Part shown: one piece after another, positions 25,573 to 34,310 of the stretch
Numbering within the stretch: the first letter of the stretch is position 1
How the letters are laid out: each line of letters opens with the position of its first letter
NCBI GenBank assembly: GCA_965277335.1
Contig: CBDICJ010000007.1
Coordinates: 155,780-219,779, forward strand
Reading direction: 5' to 3'
Source of the DNA: Edaphobacter sp.
Lineage (GTDB): Bacteria; Acidobacteriota; Terriglobia; Terriglobales; Acidobacteriaceae
DNA length: 64,000 nt
The notes under the pieces: generated by a model
What the model saw: only the letters and a program-made list of their open reading frames with translations
Told to the model about the DNA's origin: nothing
Database searches by the model: none
Program-made: the position numbers and the translations under genes

Positions 25573-27666
25573 TCATTCTTTAGAAGGGCCGCGGAGGGCG
25601 AGCCAGTCTTTCTGGTAGGCGAAGCTGATGGCCATGAGGAGGGCGCCGAGGCCGAAGAAGCTGAGGATTCGGTATCCCTGGCTGAGGTTGCGGAGGTCGT
25701 AGAGGAAGACCTTGGCGATGGTGAAGACGAGCAGGACCAGGGCCTGCCAGCGGAGGAAGGCGGAGCGTTTCCAAAAGCCGGCGGCGAGCAAGGAGGCGCC
25801 GTAGAGCATGAGGAAGGCGGAGATGGCGAGGGCCTTCTGGAGGTCGATGTCGGGGTCGGCGGCGGGATTGCGGAAGACGGTTTCGAGCTCGCGGATGCAG
25901 GCGAGGATGGCGGTGAGGTTGAGAGCGAGGAGGGAGGCGGCGGCGAGGGTGAGCCAGGTGGGGAAGGCTTCTTCGATCTGTTGGTGGTTGGCGCGGAGGG
26001 CGATGGCGGCGGAGAGGGCGAAGGCGAGGATGCCGCAGAGGGCGGTGGCGAAGCGGGTGTTCAGGAAGGCGGTCTGGACGGCGGGGTAGAACCAGAGGGG
26101 GGGGAGGAGGAGGCCGAGGAAGCCGAGAGTGAGGGCTAAGAGCGCGAGGCGGCGGAGGGTGAGGGCAGGGTTGGAGCCGGGGACGAAGGTGGTTGGCTGG
26201 ATTGAGGTGGCGGAGGAGAGCGGTTCGCGCGTGGCGCGAATAACCCACCCTTTGCGATAAAACCGCAAAGGATGGGGCACCCGGGTTGGTGGCTGATGCG
26301 AGAGGGTGCCGGAAGTCTGAGTGAGGCGGGCGGAGATCCAGAGGAGGGCGGTGCCTTCGGCGAGCCAGCCGATGGTGATCCAGCGGCCCGATGCCTTGAG
26401 GGGGATGGCGATGGTGAGGAAGACGACGGCGAGAGCGAGATGGACGGCGGAGGTGACGCGGGTCTGAAGGCTGGCGGGCAGGCGGGTGAGGCCGAGGTAG
26501 ATGGCGGCGAGGAGGACGGCGACCCAGGGGAGGAGATCGTGGTCGCCCGCGTCGTCGAGGACGGCGTAGAAGGCGAGGGCGGTGAAGGCGGCGTTGGCGA
26601 GAGGGAGGAAGACTTCGAGGATCGGGGTGTAGGTTGGCTGGGGGGTTGGGGTAGAGGCAGAGGTTGTGTTGGGAGTATGGGTTGGTTCGAGGGTTGAGTC
26701 AGCGGTTGAGGTTGGGTTGGGGGTAGAGGTTGGTTCGGGGGCGGCGGCGGGTTCGCCTAGCGGTGTGGTGCGGAGGGAAGGAGAGAGGAAGGTGAAGAAG
26801 AAGAGCGCGAGAAAGAGGCTGGTGACGGCTTCCTGCTGGTTGGCGGTGGAGGAGTTGTACCAGCCGAGGTACCAGGCGAGGAAGTAGGCAACGGTGGCGG
26901 GGAAGGCGAGGAGGAGCAGACGGGGCCAGAGGTTGACCCGGGCTTTGAGACGAATGAGCGCGATGGCGGCGATGTCGATGACGAGGAGGTAGGCGAAGAG
27001 GAAGACTTCGTGGTTGCCGCCGGTCGAGAGCAGAAGCGGGGTGGCGAAGGCTCCGGCGAGGGCGTAGGCGGCGAGGAGTTCACTGTTCTGCGACCAGGCC
27101 ATGAAGGCGTTCCAGGCGGTGACCAGGACCATGGCGGCGAGGGCGACGGGGGCGGGTAGGAGGTGGTAGAGCTGGAAGGCGGCCCAGAGGGAGAGATAGA
27201 GCGCTCCGCTGCCGATGGCTTTGAGGGCGTAGGCGAAGGCGGGGAAGCTGCGGCGGCGGAAGCGCTCGGACCAGAGGATGACGGCGGCTCCGGCGAGGAG
27301 GCCGACGAGGGTGCGAGCGACGGGGCCGATCCATTGGTTGTCGACGGCCCATTTGAGGAAGAGGGCGGTGGCGATGAGCAGGGCGACGATGCCGATGCGG
27401 CTGAAGAGCTGGGAGCCGATGCGGTCTTCGAGGGAGGCTTTGGGTTTGACGGGGCGCTGGCCGAAGGCAGGGGGAGGCGGCTTCGGGGGCGGTTCGGCTG
27501 CGGGGGGCGAGGCGTGCGGCGCTTCGGCGGATGTGCTGGGTGGATTGCGGAGGTCGGAAAGCTGACGTTCGAGGACGTCTACGCGGGCGGTGAGGGCGGC
27601 GAACTCTGCGGCGAGCTGGGCGTTCGATTGAGAACGAATTTGTTGCTGCTGCTCGTCGGACGCCAT
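25573..27666 (-). CDS. DUF2339 family polytopic membrane protein
   Basis: N-terminal coiled coil, Pro-rich linker, LEDRIGSQLFSRIGIVALLIATALFLKWAVDNQWIGP, many TM helices, and C-terminal ..TIAKVFLYDLRNLSQGYRILSFFGLGALLM.. . All are hallmarks of DUF2339. Confidence 0.8.
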   Translation of the reverse strand: MASDEQQQQIRSQSNAQLAAEFAALTARVDVLERQLSDLRNPPSTSAEAPHASPPAAEPPPKPPPPAFGQRPVKPKASLEDRIGSQLFSRIGIVALLIATALFLKWAVDNQWIGPVARTLVGLLAGAAVILWSERFRRRSFPAFAYALKAIGSGALYLSLWAAFQLYHLLPAPVALAAMVLVTAWNAFMAWSQNSELLAAYALAGAFATPLLLSTGGNHEVFLFAYLLVIDIAAIALIRLKARVNLWPRLLLLAFPATVAYFLAWYLGWYNSSTANQQEAVTSLFLALFFFTFLSPSLRTTPLGEPAAAPEPTSTPNPTSTADSTLEPTHTPNTTSASTPTPQPTYTPILEVFLPLANAAFTALAFYAVLDDAGDHDLLPWVAVLLAAIYLGLTRLPASLQTRVTSAVHLALAVVFLTIAIPLKASGRWITIGWLAEGTALLWISARLTQTSGTLSHQPPTRVPHPLRFYRKGWVIRATREPLSSATSIQPTTFVPGSNPALTLRRLALLALTLGFLGLLLPPLWFYPAVQTAFLNTRFATALCGILAFALSAAIALRANHQQIEEAFPTWLTLAAASLLALNLTAILACIRELETVFRNPAADPDIDLQKALAISAFLMLYGASLLAAGFWKRSAFLRWQALVLLVFTIAKVFLYDLRNLSQGYRILSFFGLGALLMAISFAYQKDWLALRGPSKE
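26230..26293. repeat. Repeat module C, copy C1, lying in frame inside the DUF2339 CDS
   Basis: GTGGCGCGAATAACCCACCCTTTGCGATAAAACCGCAAAGGATGGGGCACCCGGGTTGGTGG matches the intergenic copies at 27781-27838 and 42073-42117. Translated as ..PTRVPHPLRFYRKGWVIRA.. Confidence 0.8.
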
Positions 27667-27764
27667 GGCAACTACTTTACCGCCAATCGCCTAGAGAGAG
27701 GTACGGGGGCCGTCGTTGGTAGTCTTCGAACGTAATGATCCGAGTATGACCAGAGACAGCGATC

Positions 27765-27850
27765 ATGCTGGGAGATTCGGTGGCGCGAATCCCACCCATG
27801 CGATGAGACCGCATGAATGGGGCACCCGGTTGGGAGTGGCAGTTGGTGGT
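27765..27850. repeat. Repeat module C, copy C2
   Basis: GGGAGATTCGGTGGCGCGAATCCCACCCATGCGATGAGACCGCATGAATGGGGCACCCGGTTGGGAGTGG. Confidence 0.85.
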
Positions 27851-27892
27851 CTTTGGGAGGGGAAAGTCGTGGAGGATAACGTGACGGTCAAG

Positions 27893-28023
27893 GACAGGCA
27901 ACGGCAAAGGCGAAATGCGGGGAGGTTCGGTGGCGCGAACTCCCACCCATGCGATGAGACCGCATGAATGGGGCACCCGGCACCCGGCACCCGGCGGAAT
28001 GGGGCACCCGGTTTGGGAGTGGG
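27893..28023. repeat. Composite repeat (B 5' half + C), copy C3; left direct repeat flanking the VOC genes
   Basis: GACAGGCAACGGCAAAGGCGAAATGCGGGGAGGTTCGGTGGCGCGAACTCCCACCCATGCGATGAGACCGCATGAATGGGGCACCCGG(CACCCGG)n..TTTGGGAGTGGG. About 90% identical by eye to 29004-29138 over the first ~88 nt. Confidence 0.85.
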
Positions 28024-28089
28024 TCAGTTTGAAATACCACTCCTGCCCATCCTCTGCCTCCTGCACGTCCTTCTGCATAGGCAGCCGGT

Positions 28090-28500
28090 TCAATCGGCCG
28101 GGCCGGCAAAGAGAATGAGATTTCCATCGGGATCCAGGACGATGAAGGTTCTGGCGCCCCAAGACTCCTTCTTCAAGGTTTGACGAAAGCGCACGCCTGC
28201 GGCCTGGTAACTCAAAAAAAGCTGTTCGATCTCGTCTGCGGCAGCGACGGTGAGCGAAGCGGAGAGCAGATGCTCACGCTCCCGAATATCGCCAATGAAC
28301 ACGGGTTCGCCGACGACCCTCAAATTGAGACGCGCGTGGTCGCGGGTGACCTGCCCATAGCACGGCGGATCGCCATAGACAAAGGCGACCGTGAAGCCGA
28401 GCTTCTCGGTATAGAAATCGCTCGATGCCTGGATGTCGGCAACGAACAATTGTGCTTCGGTGGAACTGAGAACAGGGCGTAGTGCGGTCTGGTTAGTCAT
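28090..28500 (-). CDS. VOC (glyoxalase/bleomycin resistance/dioxygenase) family protein
   Basis: 136 aa. FYTEKLGF...ESWGARTFIVLDPDGNLILF is the typical paired beta-alpha-beta-beta-beta VOC signature. Confidence 0.8.
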   Translation of the reverse strand: MTNQTALRPVLSSTEAQLFVADIQASSDFYTEKLGFTVAFVYGDPPCYGQVTRDHARLNLRVVGEPVFIGDIREREHLLSASLTVAAADEIEQLFLSYQAAGVRFRQTLKKESWGARTFIVLDPDGNLILFAGPAD

Positions 28501-28855
28501 GGTGGAAATAGAAGAGGTTCCCGTCCAGGTCCTTTACGGTGAACTGCCGTAATCCCCAAGGTTTTCTTTCCAGAGGATCCACGATGTTCGCGCCTGACGA
28601 CATCAGTTCGTGATACGACGCCTCGACGTCTTCGGCAAACACCCAGTGAACGGCAGATTCGAACGGCGGCTTTCTCTGTCGAAAGAATATCGCCACGTTA
28701 TCGCGTGACACAGCCCCAATCTCTTTGCCTGGATAAAGCCATCCAATCTCAAAGCCGAGCGCATCTCTGTAATGCTGTTGTGCGCGTTCGACATCGACGA
28801 CGGGCAACTCCGGCACTGGCTGACCAATCGAGTTCATCTTCTCTTTTGCACCCAT
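28493..28855 (-). CDS. VOC (glyoxalase/bleomycin resistance) family protein
   Basis: HYRDALGFEIGW...KPWGLRQFTVKDLDGNLFYFHHD. The stop overlaps the start of the downstream VOC gene by 8 nt. Start uncertain (ATG at 28855, 28837 or 28906). Confidence 0.75.
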   Translation of the reverse strand: MGAKEKMNSIGQPVPELPVVDVERAQQHYRDALGFEIGWLYPGKEIGAVSRDNVAIFFRQRKPPFESAVHWVFAEDVEASYHELMSSGANIVDPLERKPWGLRQFTVKDLDGNLFYFHHD

Positions 28856-29003
28856 GGAGACTCTCCTTTGTGCTTCTTTATGCAACAGGACCGTCGTCCG
28901 CGTCAAATGAGGATCCGACCGCCTTGTGCCGCGGGATAGGATCGCTGGAGGAGAGCCCGCGAAAGACCGCTGGCTTTTTCAAACTGACCTACTACCGGCG
29001 AGA

Positions 29004-29138
29004 GACAGGCGACGGCAAAGGCGACATGCTGAGAGATTCAGTGGCGCCAATCCCACCCATGCGATGAGACCGCATGAATGGGGCACCCGGTTTGGGAGTG
29101 GGGCACCCGGCGGAATGGGCACCCGGTTTGGGAGTGGG
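29004..29138. repeat. Composite repeat (B 5' half + C), copy C4; right direct repeat flanking the VOC genes
   Basis: GACAGGCGACGGCAAAGGCGACATGCTGAGAGATTCAGTGGCGCCAATCCCACCCATGCGATGAGACCGCATGAATGGGGCACCCGGTTTGGGAGTGG... in the same orientation as 27893-28023. Confidence 0.85.
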
Positions 29139-29248
29139 ATGGGGCAGTTGGCGGAATGGACGTCCGGCGATGGCGCGCACGGGTTCGGGCGAGAGGAGGG
29201 GTCGGGTCGGGGTTCTGCGGATGATAGAAATGGGGGAAGGAGATCGGG

Positions 29249-30004
29249 ATGGCGGTGCGGGTGCTGGTGGTAGATGACGATGAGGTGAGCCGGGAGGTGC
29301 TGGCGGTGTTGCTGGAGGGGGAGGGATATGCGGTGGAGGCGGTGGACTCGGGGGAGGCGGCGGTGCTGTACCTGCGCATGGTGCGGCCGCTGCCGGGGGT
29401 GGTGTTGACGGATATGCAGATGCCGGGGGTGAGCGGGGATGCGCTGGCGCGGGAGATGCGGGAGATCTGCGGGGCGGAGGCGGCGCTGCTGGCGATGAGC
29501 GGGAGTGAGCTGGAGGCCGGGGCGGGGCGGGAGTTCGATGGATTTTTGCTGAAGCCGTTTTCGATGGCGGAGCTGGCGGGTGCGATTGCGGGCGGGGTGG
29601 CTCGTGATGCGCGGGCCACGGAGGGGGTGGGAGCGAGGGTGCTGGATGAGGCGGTGTATGCGAAGGTAGCGGCTGCGATGCGGCGGGAGAAGGTGGAGGA
29701 GCTGTATGCGCTGTGCCTGAAGGACGCCGAGGGGCGGATGGCGAAGATGCGGCGGGCGGCAGAGGACGGGGAGGATGGCGTGTATCGGAGGGAGGCGCAT
29801 GCGCTCCAGGGCGGGTGCGGGATGGTGGGGGCGCGGGAGATGCAAAGCCTGGCGCGAGCGATGGAGGAGCAGGGCCTGCGTGGTGATTATGTAGCTTCGC
29901 TCGATGAATTGGTGCTGGCCATGGAGAGGCTGCGGCGTATGCTGGTCGCACACGCGGGCAACGAAGAGCGGGCCACGGGAGTTTCGGGAGAGAATGCGCG
30001 ATGA
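29249..30004 (+). CDS. Response-regulator receiver domain fused to an HPt (histidine phosphotransfer) domain
   Basis: VLVVDDD...VLTDMQMPGVSG...GFLLKPF (REC), then a C-terminal helix bundle with EAHALQGGCGMVGAREM (HPt-type HxLKGxxxxxGA motif). AAGGAG lies 7 nt upstream of the ATG. Confidence 0.8.
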   Translation: MAVRVLVVDDDEVSREVLAVLLEGEGYAVEAVDSGEAAVLYLRMVRPLPGVVLTDMQMPGVSGDALAREMREICGAEAALLAMSGSELEAGAGREFDGFLLKPFSMAELAGAIAGGVARDARATEGVGARVLDEAVYAKVAAAMRREKVEELYALCLKDAEGRMAKMRRAAEDGEDGVYRREAHALQGGCGMVGAREMQSLARAMEEQGLRGDYVASLDELVLAMERLRRMLVAHAGNEERATGVSGENAR

Positions 30005-30738
30005 GAGCAGCGGGAATGAGAGAAGCGGGGATGAAAGAAGCGGGTAAGCGAGCGGAGAACGCTGGGGGTGCGACGGGCACGATTCGGATTGTGATTGCGG
30101 ACGATCATCCGGTGGTGCGCTTTGGCGTGAAGAATATGGTGGAGAGCGAGCCGGGGTTCGAGGTGGTGGGCGAGGCCGAGGATGGCAACGCGGCGATTAC
30201 GCAGACGCTGGAGCTGGAGCCGGATATTCTGCTGCTGGATCTGCAGATGCCGCGGCTGCCGGGACTGGAGGCGCTGCGGGCGATTATGAGCAAGTCGCCG
30301 CGGGTGAAGATCATTATGCTGACGAGCACGATTTCGACGCAGCAGATTATCGAGGCGCTGCAGATTGGCGCGCGGGGGATTGTGCTGAAGGAGGCGGCGA
30401 TGGGGGATCTGTCGCGGTCGATGCGGGCGGTGCTGTCGGGCGACTACTGGATTGGCGGGGAGCGGGTGGCGAACCTGGTGACGGCGCTGAATGAGTTGAT
30501 GAAGAAGGCTGCCGCGGTGCCGGAGCGGAAGACGTATGGGTTGACGCCGCGGGAGATCGAGGTGGTGACGTGCATCGTTGAAGGATGCAGCAATAAGGAT
30601 GTGGCGAAGCAGTTTACGATCAGCGAGGAGACGGTGAAGCGGCACCTGTCGAATATTTTCGATAAGACGGGGGTCTCGACGCGGCTGGAGCTGGCGCTGT
30701 TTGCGATTGCGCATAAGCTGGTGATGCTGGAGAGCTAG
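30001..30738 (+). CDS. NarL/FixJ (LuxR-type HTH) response regulator
   Basis: IRIVIADDHPVVRFG...ILLLDLQMPRLPG (REC) plus LTPREIEVVTCIVEGCSNKDVAKQFTISEETVKRHLSNIFDKTGVSTRLELA (LuxR HTH). The start overlaps the upstream stop (ATGA). Confidence 0.9.
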   Translation: MRAAGMREAGMKEAGKRAENAGGATGTIRIVIADDHPVVRFGVKNMVESEPGFEVVGEAEDGNAAITQTLELEPDILLLDLQMPRLPGLEALRAIMSKSPRVKIIMLTSTISTQQIIEALQIGARGIVLKEAAMGDLSRSMRAVLSGDYWIGGERVANLVTALNELMKKAAAVPERKTYGLTPREIEVVTCIVEGCSNKDVAKQFTISEETVKRHLSNIFDKTGVSTRLELALFAIAHKLVMLES

Positions 30739-30750
30739 GGAAAGATTGCT

Positions 30751-30946
30751 GTCCTGCCGGACGGGCCCGCTACGCGCGGGGCGCCCACTTCGTGGGGGGT
30801 GTACTCCTTCGGGTGGGCCTCCCGATGGTCGGCGGGAAGACTTTCGCGCCGACCAGCGGGAGGCCCTATGCATCTCATTCCGGCAAGAAAAGGTATACAC
30901 GTCACGAAGTGACCGCGCGCCGCGCAGGAGGCCCGTCCGGCAGGAC
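30751..30946. repeat. Repeat module A, copy A3 (complete, inverted relative to A2)
   Basis: GTCCTGCCGGACGGGCCCGCTACGCGCGGGGCGCCCACTTCGTGG...CCTCCCGATGGTCGGCGGG..CCGACCAGCGGGAGG...GGTATACACGTCACGAAGTGACCGCG..GCAGGAGGCCCGTCCGGCAGGAC. Confidence 0.9.
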
Positions 30947-30968
30947 CTGTCTTCGATAGAATGAAAAG

Positions 30969-31955
30969 ATGACGGTAGATCTGCTGGTGATCGGTGCGGG
31001 ACCGACTGGCCTCGCGTGCGCGATCGAAGCGCAGCGGGCGGGGTTCACGGCGGTTCTGGTGGACAAGGGATGCCTGTGCAATTCGCTGTTTCACTATCCG
31101 TCGAACATGACGTTTTTTACGACGCCGGAGCTGCTGGAGATCGGGGACATGCCGTTCTCGAGCCCGAACCAGAAACCCAATCGCAATGAAGCGCTGGAGT
31201 ACTACCGCAAGGTGGCGGAGCACTATACGCTGGACATTCGGCAGTATGAGACGGTCGAGCGGGTGAGTGGAGGCGATGGCGATTTTACGGTGCATGCCAC
31301 GGACCGGTTTGGGCGGCCGCTGGAGCACCGGGCGCGGAAGCTGGTGGTGGCGACCGGATACTATGACCTGCCGAACTACCTAGGGATTCCGGGTGAGGAT
31401 TTGAGCAAGGTGAAGCACTACTACCATGAGCCGCATCCATTCTATGGATTGGAGGTGGTGGTGATCGGGGGGAAGAATTCGGCGGCGATCGCGGCGCTGG
31501 ACCTGTGGCGGCACGGGGCGAAGGTGACGCTGGTGCATCGCGGGGCGGCGATGCATCGGCATGTGAAGTACTGGATTCTGCCGGACATTAATAATCGGGT
31601 GAAGAACGGCGAGGTGAAGGCTTGCTTCCAGAGCGCCGTGACGGAGATTTCAGAGGATGCGGTGACGATCGCTACACCCGAGGGCGAGGTAACGATTGCG
31701 AACGATTTTGTGTTTGCGCTGACGGGATATCATCCGGACTTTGGATTTATCGAGCGGCTGGGAGTGAAGGTGGATGAGGGGAACGACAGGTGCCCGGTGT
31801 GCGATGCGGGGACGCTGGAGAGCAATGTGCCGGGGATTTATCTGGCGGGGGTGATTGTAGCGGGGGAGCGGACCAATGAGATCTTTATTGAGAATGGAAG
31901 ATTTCATGGGAGGTTGATTGCGGAGAGTCTGCGGGGGAAGCTAGCGGCGGTTTAG
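30969..31955 (+). CDS. ypdA: YpdA family putative bacillithiol disulfide reductase (FAD/NADPH oxidoreductase)
   Basis: LLVIGAGPTGLACAIEA, ATGYYDLPNYLGIPGEDLSKVKHYYHEPHPF, VVVIGGKNSAA, NEIFIENGRFHG. Close motif-by-motif match to Bacillus YpdA as I remember it. Confidence 0.85.
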   Translation: MTVDLLVIGAGPTGLACAIEAQRAGFTAVLVDKGCLCNSLFHYPSNMTFFTTPELLEIGDMPFSSPNQKPNRNEALEYYRKVAEHYTLDIRQYETVERVSGGDGDFTVHATDRFGRPLEHRARKLVVATGYYDLPNYLGIPGEDLSKVKHYYHEPHPFYGLEVVVIGGKNSAAIAALDLWRHGAKVTLVHRGAAMHRHVKYWILPDINNRVKNGEVKACFQSAVTEISEDAVTIATPEGEVTIANDFVFALTGYHPDFGFIERLGVKVDEGNDRCPVCDAGTLESNVPGIYLAGVIVAGERTNEIFIENGRFHGRLIAESLRGKLAAV

Positions 31956-32006
31956 GCGGTGAGGCTTAACGCCGATTTGCACGGATGGCACTGATTTAAG
32001 AACATG

Positions 32007-32090
32007 CAGCGACAAAAGCGAAGTGCGGGGATCTCTCCACTGCGCTGCTCACAATGAGGCTGTGAGCAGCTTCGGTCGAGAGGAAGAGTT
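32007..32090. repeat. Repeat module B, copy B4
   Basis: GCGACAAAAGCGAAGTGCGGGGATCTCTCCACTGCGC + hairpin GCTGCTCACA-ATGAGGC-TGTGAGCAGC + TTCGGTCGAGAGG. Confidence 0.85.
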
Positions 32091-32124
32091 TTGGATTGTG
32101 ACGAGGGAATAACGCTGCGAGAGA

Positions 32125-33048
32125 TTAGCCGATGACGCGGCGGAGGAAGCCACGGATGCCGAGCCAGGTGAGCAGGCAAAGAGAGGCGACGAGCATGCCG
32201 AGGATGAGGATGGGGTTCATGTGGGGGAGGGATGGGGTGACGGCGGCGCGGAGGCCTTCGCTCATGTAGACGATGGGGTTGAAGAGGACGCCGATCTGGA
32301 GCCAGCGCAGGTGAGTCAACGCGGCCCAGGGATAGTAGACGCAGCCGAGGAAGGTGATGGGGATGACGACGACGCCGAAGATGAGGCCGATCTGCTGCGG
32401 CTTGACGCTGGTTCCGATGGTGAGGCCGAGCGCGCCGGCGGTGAGGCTGGCGAGGGCGACGATGACGATGAGGAAGGGCCAACTGGCGATGTGGGTGGTG
32501 GGGTGAGTGGCGGGGACGTAGTAGGCGAGAGGATAGACGATGCAGGCGGCGATGACGCTTTGAATGGCGGAGAAGCAGATCTTTTCGATGGCGACGGCGG
32601 CGACGGGGAGGGGGCACATGACGCGGTCGTCGATCTCGCGGGTGATGCCGAAGTCCTGCGCGAGGGGCAGGGCGACGGCGGCAATGCCGGAGAACATGAT
32701 GGCGACGGCCATGAGACCGGGGAGCAGGACGGTGGAGAAGGCGTTGCCGGCCATGGCGGCGGTGGGGTTCATGGCGGCGTTGGCGGTCATGTGGGGGATG
32801 ACGTAGGTGAAGACGAAGAGAAAGAGCAGTGGGTTCATGCAGACGCGGATGACGAAGGGGAAGAGTTCGCGGCGGAGGACGTAGAGGTCGCGGAGGAAGA
32901 GGCCGGCGAAGGCGCGGGCGTATTGGGTGACGGGGGAGGCGATTGTTTCGCGGGTGGTCTGGAGCGTCGATTGCGGGCTGATGGGTGGTTCGCGTTCGGC
33001 GAGTTGGGTTTGTTGGGTCATAGATTTTTTCAAGTCGGGTTTTTTCAA
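32125..33048 (-). CDS. ABC-2 type transporter permease
   Basis: 307 aa with six predicted TM helices. Lies directly downstream of the ABC ATPase gene (7-nt gap). Confidence 0.8.
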   Translation of the reverse strand: MKKPDLKKSMTQQTQLAEREPPISPQSTLQTTRETIASPVTQYARAFAGLFLRDLYVLRRELFPFVIRVCMNPLLFLFVFTYVIPHMTANAAMNPTAAMAGNAFSTVLLPGLMAVAIMFSGIAAVALPLAQDFGITREIDDRVMCPLPVAAVAIEKICFSAIQSVIAACIVYPLAYYVPATHPTTHIASWPFLIVIVALASLTAGALGLTIGTSVKPQQIGLIFGVVVIPITFLGCVYYPWAALTHLRWLQIGVLFNPIVYMSEGLRAAVTPSLPHMNPILILGMLVASLCLLTWLGIRGFLRRVIG

Positions 33049-33055
33049 GTCGCGG

Positions 33056-34081
<1,026 letters not shown>

Positions 34082-34124
34082 TTGTGCTGGGTCCTCTTGG
34101 GCTTCTCTGATTATAAAGAGATGT

Positions 34125-34304
34125 GTCCTGCCGGACGGGCCGCCTGCGCGGCGCGCCCACTTCGTGGGGGGTGGGCCTCCCGGTGGTCGGCGGGAAGACT
34201 TTCGTGCCGACCATCGGGAGGCCCAACGCTACCCGTCCTATCGAGACAAGGTATACATGTCACGAAGTGACCGCGCGCCGCGCAGGCGGCCCGTCCGGCA
34301 GGAC
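34125..34304. repeat. Repeat module A, copy A4 (same orientation as A3)
   Basis: GTCCTGCCGGACGGGCCGCCTGCGCGGCGCGCCCACTTCGTGG...CCTCCCGGTGGTCGGCGGG..CCGACCATCGGGAGG...GGTATACATGTCACGAAGTGACCGCG..GCAGGCGGCCCGTCCGGCAGGAC. Confidence 0.9.
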
Positions 34305-34310
34305 CTGTCT

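Noticed and set aside
27677-28183. Small ORFs encoding ..PTHAMRPHEWGTR.. and similar (27677-28162, 27716-27967, 27915-28118, 28926-29273)
   Set aside because: They are translations of tandem module C copies. The peptides recur only because the DNA repeat recurs.
27765-29160. Possible CRISPR array, suggested by the recurring GGGGCACCCGG-containing palindromes
   Set aside because: The repeats are not regularly spaced, differ in length, are internally palindromic with variable stems, and are scattered across the whole window. No cas genes are present. They are REP/BIME-like, not CRISPR.
28979-30080. 324-aa and 362-aa Pro/Arg/His-rich minus-strand ORFs
   Set aside because: They are antisense to the REC-HPt regulator gene, which has clear receiver and HPt motifs. 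Their composition is typical of a GC-rich antisense frame.
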